The position numbers were made by a program, and so were the translations under genes. Shown here one piece after another: positions 45,732 through 55,184 of a stretch of DNA of 64,000 bases. Numbering within the stretch: the stretch's first letter is position 1; every line of letters begins with the position of its first letter. The stretch lies in the IMG/VR virus record IMGVR_UViG_3300030328_001638, positions 3,140 to 67,139 of that record. The stretch is one strand, 5' to 3'. The notes under the pieces were generated by a model. It did not search any database. It was not told where the DNA came from and saw only the letters and a list, made by a program, of their open reading frames with translations. Source of the stretch: a virus.

Positions 45732-46655
45732 TTATTTTATCCACTTATCCTGACCTCTTAAATTTTGTAAAAGCCTGCCAGGATGTATATTACTTAATCT
45801 AATTTTTGCATTTCTTAATAAAGAAGCTTTGTCTTTTCTTGCTCTATTAACAATGTATTCCTGAACACCTAATCTGCCATTTAATAAAGAATAACGAATA
45901 AATGAATATAAATAATCTTCAAATAATTTATTTACGCTTATATTAGCATTGTCGCCATTTTCCATTCCATCAGAAACATATTCTAAAACGGCTGTTCGCC
46001 CAGACATTGTTGAGTCAAAATTAATAACCCCTCCTTTTTTGTTTACACTAAATGTTGGATTAGCATTTGCAGTTTCAGTATTTAAACCGAATCTTTGTCC
46101 TAAATTATAATCAAAATACCAACCTCCATCTAAAAAATATCCTAATGAATTATTATAAGGACTGTTAGCATTTAAATATAAAGTTTTTTTAGTACCTTTT
46201 ATTCTGTCATAAGTTACTGTAGAAAATTCTGGTTTTAAAACATTTCCGTCCTGGTCAAATAAAATTTTTGCATTATTGTCTTGTAAATACGCCCCTGCCC
46301 AATTAGCCTGTATGTTTTCTGTTAATGGATATAAAATTCCATTCTGATACATAGAAACTCTAACCCAATTTACATAATCTTGAGGTAAAATAAATCTTAA
46401 ATCTTCTCCTATTTCGAGTTCTAATATTTTTATTTCTTTCATAGCATCATAGTTTAACTCTTGAATGCCTCGTTTAGCATAAAATAAAACTTGATATCTA
46501 CTTATATTATTTAATAATTCGTTATTGCCTTGATAGATAAGCATAAAATTATTTACAATTTCTTGTAAACTCACATACTGATACGAACCCCAATTTTCAT
46601 TTTCGGGATTTGCTCCACTATTTTCGTAATATTGATAATCGGTTATATATGCCAT
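45732..46655 (-). CDS. Tail ring/adaptor protein
   Basis: LPQDYVNWVR motif; position between capsid and nozzle genes. Confidence 0.65.
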   Translation of the reverse strand: MAYITDYQYYENSGANPENENWGSYQYVSLQEIVNNFMLIYQGNNELLNNISRYQVLFYAKRGIQELNYDAMKEIKILELEIGEDLRFILPQDYVNWVRVSMYQNGILYPLTENIQANWAGAYLQDNNAKILFDQDGNVLKPEFSTVTYDRIKGTKKTLYLNANSPYNNSLGYFLDGGWYFDYNLGQRFGLNTETANANPTFSVNKKGGVINFDSTMSGRTAVLEYVSDGMENGDNANISVNKLFEDYLYSFIRYSLLNGRLGVQEYIVNRARKDKASLLRNAKIRLSNIHPGRLLQNLRGQDKWIK

Positions 46656-46656
46656 C

Positions 46657-47604
46657 TTACTTTATTTGTTGTATATCTGTTGCTTGTTCTGTTGCTCCGA
46701 ACTTATAAACGTCCGCTTCTCTAATTTCTATCCCTACATATTGACAAATCTTTGCAATTAAGCCTGGTTGGTCAGAAGCGGGTAATTCAAAATTCTGATA
46801 ATCTACTTGCCCTGGATTAAATACAGGCTCACCTGCCGTTATTGTACTAAATGTCCAATTAGGTGCTAATGGGTATCTAATATATTGCGTTTTAATGCTT
46901 GTAGCCCCTAATATAGTAGAGGGGTATACAGTAACATTATTGCCGCTTAAAACGTAAGCAGGATATGTATTTGAAGGTGCTGTTAACGGAGAGCTTGTTA
47001 AATAAAATAATTTATTTTGACTTACTCTTTCTACCTCTACAATATTCGTGTTAGTATAAATAACATATGCATCGTTTAAGTTCATTATATTCGCACTAAT
47101 AGATAATGTGGTACTATTATCTACCGCTGTTACATAGCATTGTTGCTGTGTAGTGGTATTAACAATAATACTACCTACAGGCGGTGTAGTAGGGTTGGTT
47201 AGTACTGAAAAAGATGCGGCCGAATCAGTCAATTTAAATGCAGCTACAAAAGTATTTGTTCCTGTAGCAATAGAATCAGGATAATAAAATAATTTGTTTA
47301 TTAAATAGTAATCCGCTGGTAATGCGTAAGTATTGTCAGCTCCTACTTGCGCCAAAAAAGCTTCCACAGAAAAAGAGTCCATAACTTCCTCTAAGTTTTT
47401 TACAATATCTGCATATCCTGCTCCTGATACTCGTTGATTTTGTTTTGTTACCCAACTATTGTATTGATAAAAATAATCTTCAAACATATCCATTTGCGCC
47501 TGCTCTGCATATAAATTAAAATCTTGAGGTGTTATATAGCCATAGTTATTTTTATTAGCTATTGCTAAAACTGTTGTTCTTACCTCATTTATATTTGCTG
47601 GCAT
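46657..47604 (-). CDS. Tail ring/adaptor protein with inserted beta module
   Basis: NKNNYGYITPQDFN, LPADYY, YIRYP..P.W. Confidence 0.65.
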   Translation of the reverse strand: MPANINEVRTTVLAIANKNNYGYITPQDFNLYAEQAQMDMFEDYFYQYNSWVTKQNQRVSGAGYADIVKNLEEVMDSFSVEAFLAQVGADNTYALPADYYLINKLFYYPDSIATGTNTFVAAFKLTDSAASFSVLTNPTTPPVGSIIVNTTTQQQCYVTAVDNSTTLSISANIMNLNDAYVIYTNTNIVEVERVSQNKLFYLTSSPLTAPSNTYPAYVLSGNNVTVYPSTILGATSIKTQYIRYPLAPNWTFSTITAGEPVFNPGQVDYQNFELPASDQPGLIAKICQYVGIEIREADVYKFGATEQATDIQQIK

Positions 47605-47632
47605 TGTTTAAAATTATTTTAACAAAGATAAG

Positions 47633-47677
47633 AAAAAAAAAAGGAGCTACTTTTTTTGTAACTCCTTCTCCTTCTTA
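47633..47677 (-). terminator. Intrinsic terminator
   Basis: AAGGAGTTAC/GTAGCTCCTT followed by T-run on the minus strand. Confidence 0.75.
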
Positions 47678-47688
47678 GTTTAATTTAC

Positions 47689-48543
47689 CTACTGAACTCG
47701 TAGAATAAAGTAATTTTGTCCTCCTAACCAAGTAGTGTTAGTGGTACATGGATCAGAACTACATGCATTATACTCCCCTGGGAAGTCATATACAGGTTCT
47801 GACCAATCTTGCTCTAAAGAAGCTTGAATTGCATCTTGAATTGCATTTCTCATTAATTCTACACCTACAGCCCCCGAATCTGAGTAAGCATACACAAGGT
47901 CACTTGCTGATGAAGCAGCATCATATGTAATATCCACTCTACTATTGTTAGCTGCAAGAGCGTTGTTCTCTACAAGACCAACTCCTTGAGACCTCATTAG
48001 TTTGTCATGGTCATCAGGCTTAATAGCAGAGATTAAATAATTTTCTGCACTTGCCATTATATCTGCGCTTAAACTTAACTGAGTAGCTGAATCTATAGCG
48101 GTAACCGTAGCAACTGTATCGTCTGTAACATTATTTACTTGGTCTCCAACAGCAATTCCTTGATATAAAAAGTTTTCAGTACTATCCACAAGTTTGTTTG
48201 CTGCTACACCATCTGTAGTTCCATATATTTTTTTAGTTAACTCAGGCATATAAATATGATATGCTGTCGCATCAGGCACACCGCCTCCTTGCGCTCCTGT
48301 CGGCCCTATAGCCACAAGAGATAACTGAGTGTCACTATCTACTGCAGTAACAATATACATTTCACCTCCTGCGGAAGCGTTAGTAGCTCTATCCCATACA
48401 ATCGCATTAGGAAGAACTGTTTGTGTAAAGTTTGCGCCCGTCTGAATAAGCTTCAAAGAAGCAGATCCATTTGATGTAGAAGTACCTGTCTTGACTACAT
48501 TTAATTGTTTAAATCTTATAAATTTTTCCATTTTCTGTATCAT
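47689..48543 (-). CDS. Virion decoration-like paralog 3 with two inserted beta modules
   Basis: MEKFI..., C-terminal IQDAIQASLEQDW matches the two neighbours. Confidence 0.6.
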   Translation of the reverse strand: MIQKMEKFIRFKQLNVVKTGTSTSNGSASLKLIQTGANFTQTVLPNAIVWDRATNASAGGEMYIVTAVDSDTQLSLVAIGPTGAQGGGVPDATAYHIYMPELTKKIYGTTDGVAANKLVDSTENFLYQGIAVGDQVNNVTDDTVATVTAIDSATQLSLSADIMASAENYLISAIKPDDHDKLMRSQGVGLVENNALAANNSRVDITYDAASSASDLVYAYSDSGAVGVELMRNAIQDAIQASLEQDWSEPVYDFPGEYNACSSDPCTTNTTWLGGQNYFILRVQ

Positions 48544-48545
48544 TT

Positions 48546-48875
48546 TTATGCTACTACAATTGAAGCGAGCGGGTTAGTAATTGGGTCAGAAGACGTAGCT
48601 CCTGGAACAGATCCTTTAGGGTCGTATTCGTGAGCTATATTTGTCCATCCTGAAGACAATGCGTCTACAATTGCTGATTCTACTGACTCTAATAAAAGAG
48701 GAGAAGCGTAAGCATTTGGCCACGTTAATGTTGCTGTTTTTCCATCAAGATATTTCAATAACACAGTTGTTGTAGTGGCTTGAGAAACAATTCTCAAACC
48801 TGAAATTGAAACTAATTGATCTTGACTATTAGTACCATGTGCATCTATCACAGGTATACTTAAATATTTTTCCAT
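48546..48875 (-). CDS. Virion decoration-like paralog 2
   Basis: MEKYLSIPV...AL..GWTN. Confidence 0.6.
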   Translation of the reverse strand: MEKYLSIPVIDAHGTNSQDQLVSISGLRIVSQATTTTVLLKYLDGKTATLTWPNAYASPLLLESVESAIVDALSSGWTNIAHEYDPKGSVPGATSSDPITNPLASIVVA

Positions 48876-48897
48876 AATAATAAAAGGTTTTAATTAG

Positions 48898-49215
48898 TTA
48901 ATAAGTTGCAATCACAATTCCAGACACAGCATATTTAGGTTCAACTGAATTAACTACATTAGTCCAATCAGTACCTAATGCACTAATCATGTTGTCTTGT
49001 AACCATGTTCTAAACTGTGTTGCAGAGTTAGATGCAGTTGCTGCACCTACTGTTGCGTGAGTAATAGTTACAACTTTTCCTGATTGATAAAATAAAGATG
49101 TATTGGTAGCATCGTTTGCTCCAGCAGCATCTCCTACATTAATTGCTTTAACGCCTGTCATTGGAACTAATTGGTTTCCTTCATTAGTTACAGGTATGCT
49201 TAAAAATTTGTCCAT
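48898..49215 (-). CDS. Virion decoration-like paralog 1
   Basis: MDKFLSIPV...AL..DWTN. Confidence 0.6.
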   Translation of the reverse strand: MDKFLSIPVTNEGNQLVPMTGVKAINVGDAAGANDATNTSLFYQSGKVVTITHATVGAATASNSATQFRTWLQDNMISALGTDWTNVVNSVEPKYAVSGIVIATY

Positions 49216-49258
49216 AATAATAATATGATTTATGAGTTAATAAAGTACAAAGATAAGA

Positions 49259-50017
49259 TTATTTTTTGTCTTTATTTAAGAGGCTTTTTAACATTTTAAA
49301 AGCTTCCACTCCTTCATCAGATTGAAAGTATGAGGCTACAATATAGATAGAATCTTGTCCATAAGGAACAGTTAGCATTTTTTGCTTATTCTTTTTTAAA
49401 TTATAGTACACATCTTTATTAGAATTTCGCATAGTTAATAAATTAGCTTCAAAAAATCTATATACCATATCTTGTAAATCTAACATAGGGTCATTTAAAA
49501 CACTCATAAATTCTTGAGGTTCGTTTTTAGAATACACTAAAATATCTCTTTTTAATTCTTGTGTTGACATTTTATCTACACGAGAACCCATTAAAACTCG
49601 GGATACCATAAGTAATTTTTCTAACGATAAATTTTTAGCCATTATCTGCGCATCTAATGCTTTTTCTACATATTCTAATTCTCGTGCAGCATCTTTCTGA
49701 TGGTTTACTTCAGCGAATATACTGCCATTACCAGGATGATAATGTAAAAACTTTTGTAAAGACTGATCTTGTTTATTAACTATTAACATTCCGTCTTCAA
49801 AGATTATAGGCTCTAAAACTGCATTTCCATCTTGCTCTTCTTCAAAAGGAGAACGCTGGTTTCTTGCATATCTAAGTGCTTTATTTTGACCTGTTTCTTC
49901 GTCAAACCATAATAATGGAGAACGGGATGAATGTCTTGAGGATAACATATAAGAAAGTGGCGATCTGCCATTAAGAAGTCTATATGTTTTGTCGGTAAAT
50001 TGTTGTTTCTTTTTCAT
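49259..50017 (-). CDS. Conserved hypothetical protein downstream of the major capsid gene
   Basis: ORF track. Confidence 0.75.
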   Translation of the reverse strand: MKKKQQFTDKTYRLLNGRSPLSYMLSSRHSSRSPLLWFDEETGQNKALRYARNQRSPFEEEQDGNAVLEPIIFEDGMLIVNKQDQSLQKFLHYHPGNGSIFAEVNHQKDAARELEYVEKALDAQIMAKNLSLEKLLMVSRVLMGSRVDKMSTQELKRDILVYSKNEPQEFMSVLNDPMLDLQDMVYRFFEANLLTMRNSNKDVYYNLKKNKQKMLTVPYGQDSIYIVASYFQSDEGVEAFKMLKSLLNKDKK

Positions 50018-50042
50018 GATTATATTTTAATTTAAGTTGATT

Positions 50043-50073
50043 TATAAAAATAAGAGGGGAGGCGAACCTCCCC
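50043..50073 (-). terminator. Intrinsic terminator after the major capsid gene
   Basis: GGGGAGG-TTCG-CCTCCCC followed by a U-rich tail. Confidence 0.85.
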
Positions 50074-50090
50074 TATTATTGTGTTACTTC

Positions 50091-51539
50091 TTAGTTTTCA
50101 AATAAGAAGAAGTTGTTTGCACCTAAAGTACATACTGCTCTTTCAGATAAGAAGTTAACTTCCATTGCATCTAAAGAAGATGTTCTTGCTCCACCAGCTG
50201 AACCAGTAATCCAAGTTTTATATCTTCTATCTTCAGTTTCAGAAGCTCTATATCTTACGTGTAAGAATGGTCTCTTAGCGTTTTTACCTAAGATTTGGTC
50301 ATATACAGTAGTTGAACCAGCTGGAACTAATAGTCCGTTAACTGCTCCTGCATTAATTCCGCCTCTCATCGTAGGGTCGTTAAGATATTTCCAATCAGAC
50401 TTATAAAAGTCATAACCTCTTCTAAATCCTGTAAATCCAAGATTTAAAGCCATGTCTTTATCATTGTCAAATAGACCATATGAAGTTCCACCTGCTCCGT
50501 AAGAGTTTTGGGCTGCTAACATATCATCAATATCAAATGAGAATTGTCTGTTTACAAATATTACATTTTCTTCGATTGAACCTTGCTTATCAAGTCTCTG
50601 AATTACATCGTCAAACTGAGAAAGTACTACAGGGTTTCCACCACCGAATACATTACCTCTATTTTTAACAACGTAGAAAATTCCTTCAGAACCTGCATTT
50701 ACAATTCCTGCTCCACCTGCTGCAGAACTTAATGCACTTTCTGCACCAGAACCTTGAGCTGCAGGAACAGCTTCAATCATAGAAGTTTCCATATAATCTT
50801 CAAAACGTAATCTTGTGTCATGCTCAGACTTTAGATACCAAAGGTATCCTGTCGCACCATTTTCACTTTGTACTTCAACCCAACCAATTTGAGCCATATC
50901 TGATCCAGAAACTGAATACTTATCTTTTAAGATAATAGGCTTGTTTTGGAAGAAAAAGTCGTCTGACTCCATTGAGCCAACCATTCCTGATTCTCCTTTT
51001 TTGAATTCAGATCCATATACAAATATTGTACAATTAGTTGCATCAGGAATAAGCTGAGTAGCTTCGTAGAAAGCAATTGTTAAAGTGTTTGCAGCACCTA
51101 CAGGAGCTACAGTTACTACTGCTTTATTACTTAATGAAGAACCAGCTGTGTTGTCTGATAACATAATTGTTTGACCTTTTCTTAATGCTAATCCTGTTTG
51201 GTTCGCAACTAATGTCGGATCCATAGTGTCATTAACAGTTAAAGTCGCTGTTGTCGCTACACCTGCGCCACCACCTGCCGATAATTGACAAGATGTGTAT
51301 TTAGTGTGTAATCTACCTTGCTCAGCCCATTTAATCATATCTGAGTTAGTAGGCATTTCTGCACCAACCATTCTTAAGAATGATGCTACAGTTCTATTTC
51401 CATAACGCTCAAATTCCTTTTCATACGTATCTGGAAGATACTGATTCAAGAAATCAAAATTTGTTATGTAGTTTGTTTCTAAGACTTGTTGTTGCGCACT
51501 TGGCTGCAACTGAAAGCCTGGAGATGGTAATACTGCCAT
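50091..51539 (-). CDS. Major capsid protein
   Basis: 482 aa; follows the acidic scaffold gene and precedes a strong terminator; W.EQGRLH motif. Confidence 0.85.
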   Translation of the reverse strand: MAVLPSPGFQLQPSAQQQVLETNYITNFDFLNQYLPDTYEKEFERYGNRTVASFLRMVGAEMPTNSDMIKWAEQGRLHTKYTSCQLSAGGGAGVATTATLTVNDTMDPTLVANQTGLALRKGQTIMLSDNTAGSSLSNKAVVTVAPVGAANTLTIAFYEATQLIPDATNCTIFVYGSEFKKGESGMVGSMESDDFFFQNKPIILKDKYSVSGSDMAQIGWVEVQSENGATGYLWYLKSEHDTRLRFEDYMETSMIEAVPAAQGSGAESALSSAAGGAGIVNAGSEGIFYVVKNRGNVFGGGNPVVLSQFDDVIQRLDKQGSIEENVIFVNRQFSFDIDDMLAAQNSYGAGGTSYGLFDNDKDMALNLGFTGFRRGYDFYKSDWKYLNDPTMRGGINAGAVNGLLVPAGSTTVYDQILGKNAKRPFLHVRYRASETEDRRYKTWITGSAGGARTSSLDAMEVNFLSERAVCTLGANNFFLFEN

Positions 51540-51558
51540 AATTTTATAATTTTTTTAG

Positions 51559-52698
51559 TTAAACTTTTTTAATACTTCTAATTTTGAGACCTCTTCCGCT
51601 TGTTGTGTTTCCTACTGACCTAATCTTTAATCCGTCTTTGTTGTAAGATGTGTTTGTTTGTCTAACATCCATATCGATATTTTTAGACTTTTTTGCCACA
51701 TTTTCAACTGCCGCAGTAACTCCTTGGTCATAAAAAAACTGTGCAAATTTCTCAGGATTCATTGCTGCCGCTAATGCTTTATGGTAGCCCTTTGCATCCG
51801 TCATAAAACCATCTTTGTCTACATAGTTATTTACAAAATTTCTAACTATATCACTCTGACGATTATTTAATTCTTTTGCATCTCCTGGTTTAAAAGTAAA
51901 AGTGTTTTCTCCTACGGTGTACTCAAAACCTTTGAATTCATCGCTAAAAACCTCATTGGTTTTTTCCAGAAACCACTTGTGCTTTTTTGCAGTTTTTTCT
52001 CTTGCAGAATCAGTTTCATCTATATAACTTTTATAAGCATTAAGTTGTTTTTCTTGATCTTCCGATAATCCACCCCCACTTGACTCAAGAGGAATTTTAT
52101 ACTTATCTTTTTGTTCATTCAAAAACTTCTTTGCTTTCGCAAGTTCTCTTTTTTTAGCTAACTTGATTTTCTTAATTTGTTTGGCATCATCTAAATCCTC
52201 ATCCCATGAGAATTTATCCTCCATTAAATCCTGTATATCTATAGCATCCAAACCTTCTTCGGTACTACTATAATAGTTAGCTAACAGTTGGTCGTCATCC
52301 ATAGAACTATAATCTTTTTGTAATGCTACAAAATCTTCTATGCCACGCCCTGTTTCTTTTTTATACTTAAAATATGCAGAAACATCTTCTGGCAATTCTT
52401 CATTTGCTTCTTGTTGAGCAAATAAATCATCTACTGAATTTATTTCTTTATCATATCTATTTTTAATATATGAAAGAACATCTTCGTCACTTAACTCTGA
52501 CGAGGGAGTTTCTTTTTCTGAGGCTTCTACAGTAGTTTCTTCAGCGGGAGCTGGAGGAGCTTCTGTTTGTTCTGCCTCTACCTTTTCGTTTTGAGGGGTC
52601 TCTTCTAACTTTTCCTCGTGTTTTTTTAATAAATCCGCCTCAATCTCTTGGGCCGACTTTTCTTCTACTAAGTTTACTTCTTTTACTTTTATTTCCAT
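51559..52698 (-). CDS. Capsid scaffolding protein
   Basis: Highly acidic and helical; between portal and capsid genes. Confidence 0.7.
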   Translation of the reverse strand: MEIKVKEVNLVEEKSAQEIEADLLKKHEEKLEETPQNEKVEAEQTEAPPAPAEETTVEASEKETPSSELSDEDVLSYIKNRYDKEINSVDDLFAQQEANEELPEDVSAYFKYKKETGRGIEDFVALQKDYSSMDDDQLLANYYSSTEEGLDAIDIQDLMEDKFSWDEDLDDAKQIKKIKLAKKRELAKAKKFLNEQKDKYKIPLESSGGGLSEDQEKQLNAYKSYIDETDSAREKTAKKHKWFLEKTNEVFSDEFKGFEYTVGENTFTFKPGDAKELNNRQSDIVRNFVNNYVDKDGFMTDAKGYHKALAAAMNPEKFAQFFYDQGVTAAVENVAKKSKNIDMDVRQTNTSYNKDGLKIRSVGNTTSGRGLKIRSIKKV

Positions 52699-52748
52699 TA
52701 GATTAAATTTTTTACAAAGTTAATATTTATTTATTTAAATTTTTTAGG

Positions 52749-55184
52749 CTACCTTGGGTCAAACTCAGCCAAGTCAAAACCATCTAAACTATCTTCGTTA
52801 GATTCAAAATTTATAGATGGTAAATCTCTTTTCCTTTGCTCAATCATTTTTGATTGCTGAGTAGCCTGAAGTTTAGTTCTAAAATCTTTAGCGTCTTCTT
52901 TTTTCTGCTCTCTGGCGTCTAATTGGGATTGCTCCACTCCTTTTAATTGCATTTGATACTGAAACTCAGTTTGCATTAATTCACCTTTTAACCTGGCTTC
53001 TGCTGTTAGTTTTTCTATTTCAAACGCTATATCAGCTTGCCTGTACTGCATTTTAGCCTGAGCTTCCATTTGTATTCTTTGAGCATCTAATTGAGCAGTA
53101 GCTTCCGCTTGCTGCATGTCCATTTGAGCTTTCATTTGAAGCTGCATTTCTTGCTGCTCACTTTCTCTTTCTTGTTGCTTTTTACGTTTTAACTTAAGGA
53201 GTTCATTAGCCATTTTCAAATTCCTAATATTCCTAACATCAATCGCATCCTCTAAACTTATATCATTTTTAGATAGGGCCATTTGAATATTAGCTTCCAA
53301 CATCGCTTTTTCTTCTTCATCAGGATGTAATTCTATGAAAATACCAAAACTATGTAAATATAAATTTTTTATATCACTTAGTAACTTTACATTATATTTT
53401 CCTATTTGCATAGCAAACTCATCCGCAAACTCCGAATATTCTAAAATATCTGCAACTCTAATTGAAATAGCTTCTGCTAATTTTTTAGTTATATATAGGC
53501 TTGATTGTAGTATGTGACGAGTTGCAGTATTAGAATTTAATGCCGCTAATTTTTGAACTCCAACTAAAGAATTTGGATCAGGTGTAGATCCGTCTCTTGC
53601 TTCATTTAATCCTGTGACTTGTCTAATCATATCTAAATAATGATTATAGTTTTGAATTAACATTTGCATTTTATTAGCACCACTTGACGCAGTTAGTTGT
53701 TGAATAGGAACTCGAGCATTATTAAATTCACCATCTTGAGTATAACTTCTACCCACAACACTACCTGTTTGGAAATATAATCTTAAAGCGTCTTCAGGAT
53801 TATATGCATTTCCTGTACCTAAATCAACTTCATTTAATCCATCAGCGTCAATAAACACACCGTCAGGAACAACTCTGGATACAACTTGTTGTATTTTTAA
53901 ATGAGTCATCTGTATTAAATCGGCAAAAGGAATCATTCTTCTTACTAAAGACTCAATATTTCCTTTATACATACGAGGAGCGCAAGCTATATAATTAGGT
54001 AATGCATATTGTGAAGCTGCTGCAGGTCTAACCATATTTTTAGCAAGCTCCCATTTTAACATAATATTTGTACCCATTACCATAACACCTTCATACCACA
54101 CATCTATTTTCTTCTCTATTCTTTCAAACTTACCTTCTTTTTGCATTTCTTCAGGAGGATTAAACTGATCATCTTTTTCAACGGTTTTAAAATTTCCTGA
54201 AGGTGTTGATTTTTTCTTGTAAACAAAACTATTAGTAGTTTTATAATTAAAATACATCAAGGTGCAGGTATCTCGAGCAAACATGCTGTTCTCATAAAAC
54301 TGAGCTACATTAAAGTAATTATACCACGCTTGACTATATTTAGCAATAGTCGATAAGTCATCATTAGTTATATTAGGATCAATTTTAACCAATTCCGTAA
54401 TAGGAACAGTTTTAATTTCTCCCCAATAAAAACAATCTTTAAAATAAGGATCTTCTGTATAACTATACACCACATTAGCTGGATCTACATAATCTAAAAC
54501 AACACCTTGTCCAAGTTGAAACTGATGTCTTGCGATTCCAATACCTATTGTAGTAATATCATAGTCTACTCTTTTTCTAATATCGTTATAATGGTTTTGA
54601 GCTAATACAGTATTTAAAGCCTCTTCTTCTGCGATTTCAATAGCAGGTTTGTATTTTAAATTCATATATAAAGCTAATTCCTCGTCATTTTCAGGAATAT
54701 CATCTTCATTCATGGTAAATACATCTATCCCGAAATCATCCTGTATTTGTTTAAATAAAGGTTGAGCTAACATATTCCCTCTTACATTGTCTTCAAACTC
54801 TCCACGCCTTTCTGCTGATAAAGCATCTTCAGCGTAAACATTTATATCAAACAAACGGTCAGACATGCCGTTCACCACTATATCTACAAATTTTGGAATA
54901 ATTGCAATAGGAGTCCAATCTAAGTTTAAATAACTTAAATCTCCATCTACAGCTAATTCATTTTTATATTTAGCTATTGACTGTTCTCCTCTGGCATATA
55001 AACGTAGTTTGTTAAATTGTTGCCATTGACTGTAAAACCTGCATTGGTTATTATCTTTTCTAAACCACTCGTATTGAATAGCCTGTCCTATTTGTAACCC
55101 GTAAGCATCTGTTTCTTTAGTGGCATCAGAGACAAATTGATTAGGAAATGCTGCAGACTGTAAATTTATTTCTACTTCTTTCAT
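52749..55184 (-). CDS. Portal protein
   Basis: 811 aa after terminase; PIAIIPKFVDIVV; Gln-rich coiled-coil C-terminus. Confidence 0.85.
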   Translation of the reverse strand: MKEVEINLQSAAFPNQFVSDATKETDAYGLQIGQAIQYEWFRKDNNQCRFYSQWQQFNKLRLYARGEQSIAKYKNELAVDGDLSYLNLDWTPIAIIPKFVDIVVNGMSDRLFDINVYAEDALSAERRGEFEDNVRGNMLAQPLFKQIQDDFGIDVFTMNEDDIPENDEELALYMNLKYKPAIEIAEEEALNTVLAQNHYNDIRKRVDYDITTIGIGIARHQFQLGQGVVLDYVDPANVVYSYTEDPYFKDCFYWGEIKTVPITELVKIDPNITNDDLSTIAKYSQAWYNYFNVAQFYENSMFARDTCTLMYFNYKTTNSFVYKKKSTPSGNFKTVEKDDQFNPPEEMQKEGKFERIEKKIDVWYEGVMVMGTNIMLKWELAKNMVRPAAASQYALPNYIACAPRMYKGNIESLVRRMIPFADLIQMTHLKIQQVVSRVVPDGVFIDADGLNEVDLGTGNAYNPEDALRLYFQTGSVVGRSYTQDGEFNNARVPIQQLTASSGANKMQMLIQNYNHYLDMIRQVTGLNEARDGSTPDPNSLVGVQKLAALNSNTATRHILQSSLYITKKLAEAISIRVADILEYSEFADEFAMQIGKYNVKLLSDIKNLYLHSFGIFIELHPDEEEKAMLEANIQMALSKNDISLEDAIDVRNIRNLKMANELLKLKRKKQQERESEQQEMQLQMKAQMDMQQAEATAQLDAQRIQMEAQAKMQYRQADIAFEIEKLTAEARLKGELMQTEFQYQMQLKGVEQSQLDAREQKKEDAKDFRTKLQATQQSKMIEQRKRDLPSINFESNEDSLDGFDLAEFDPR

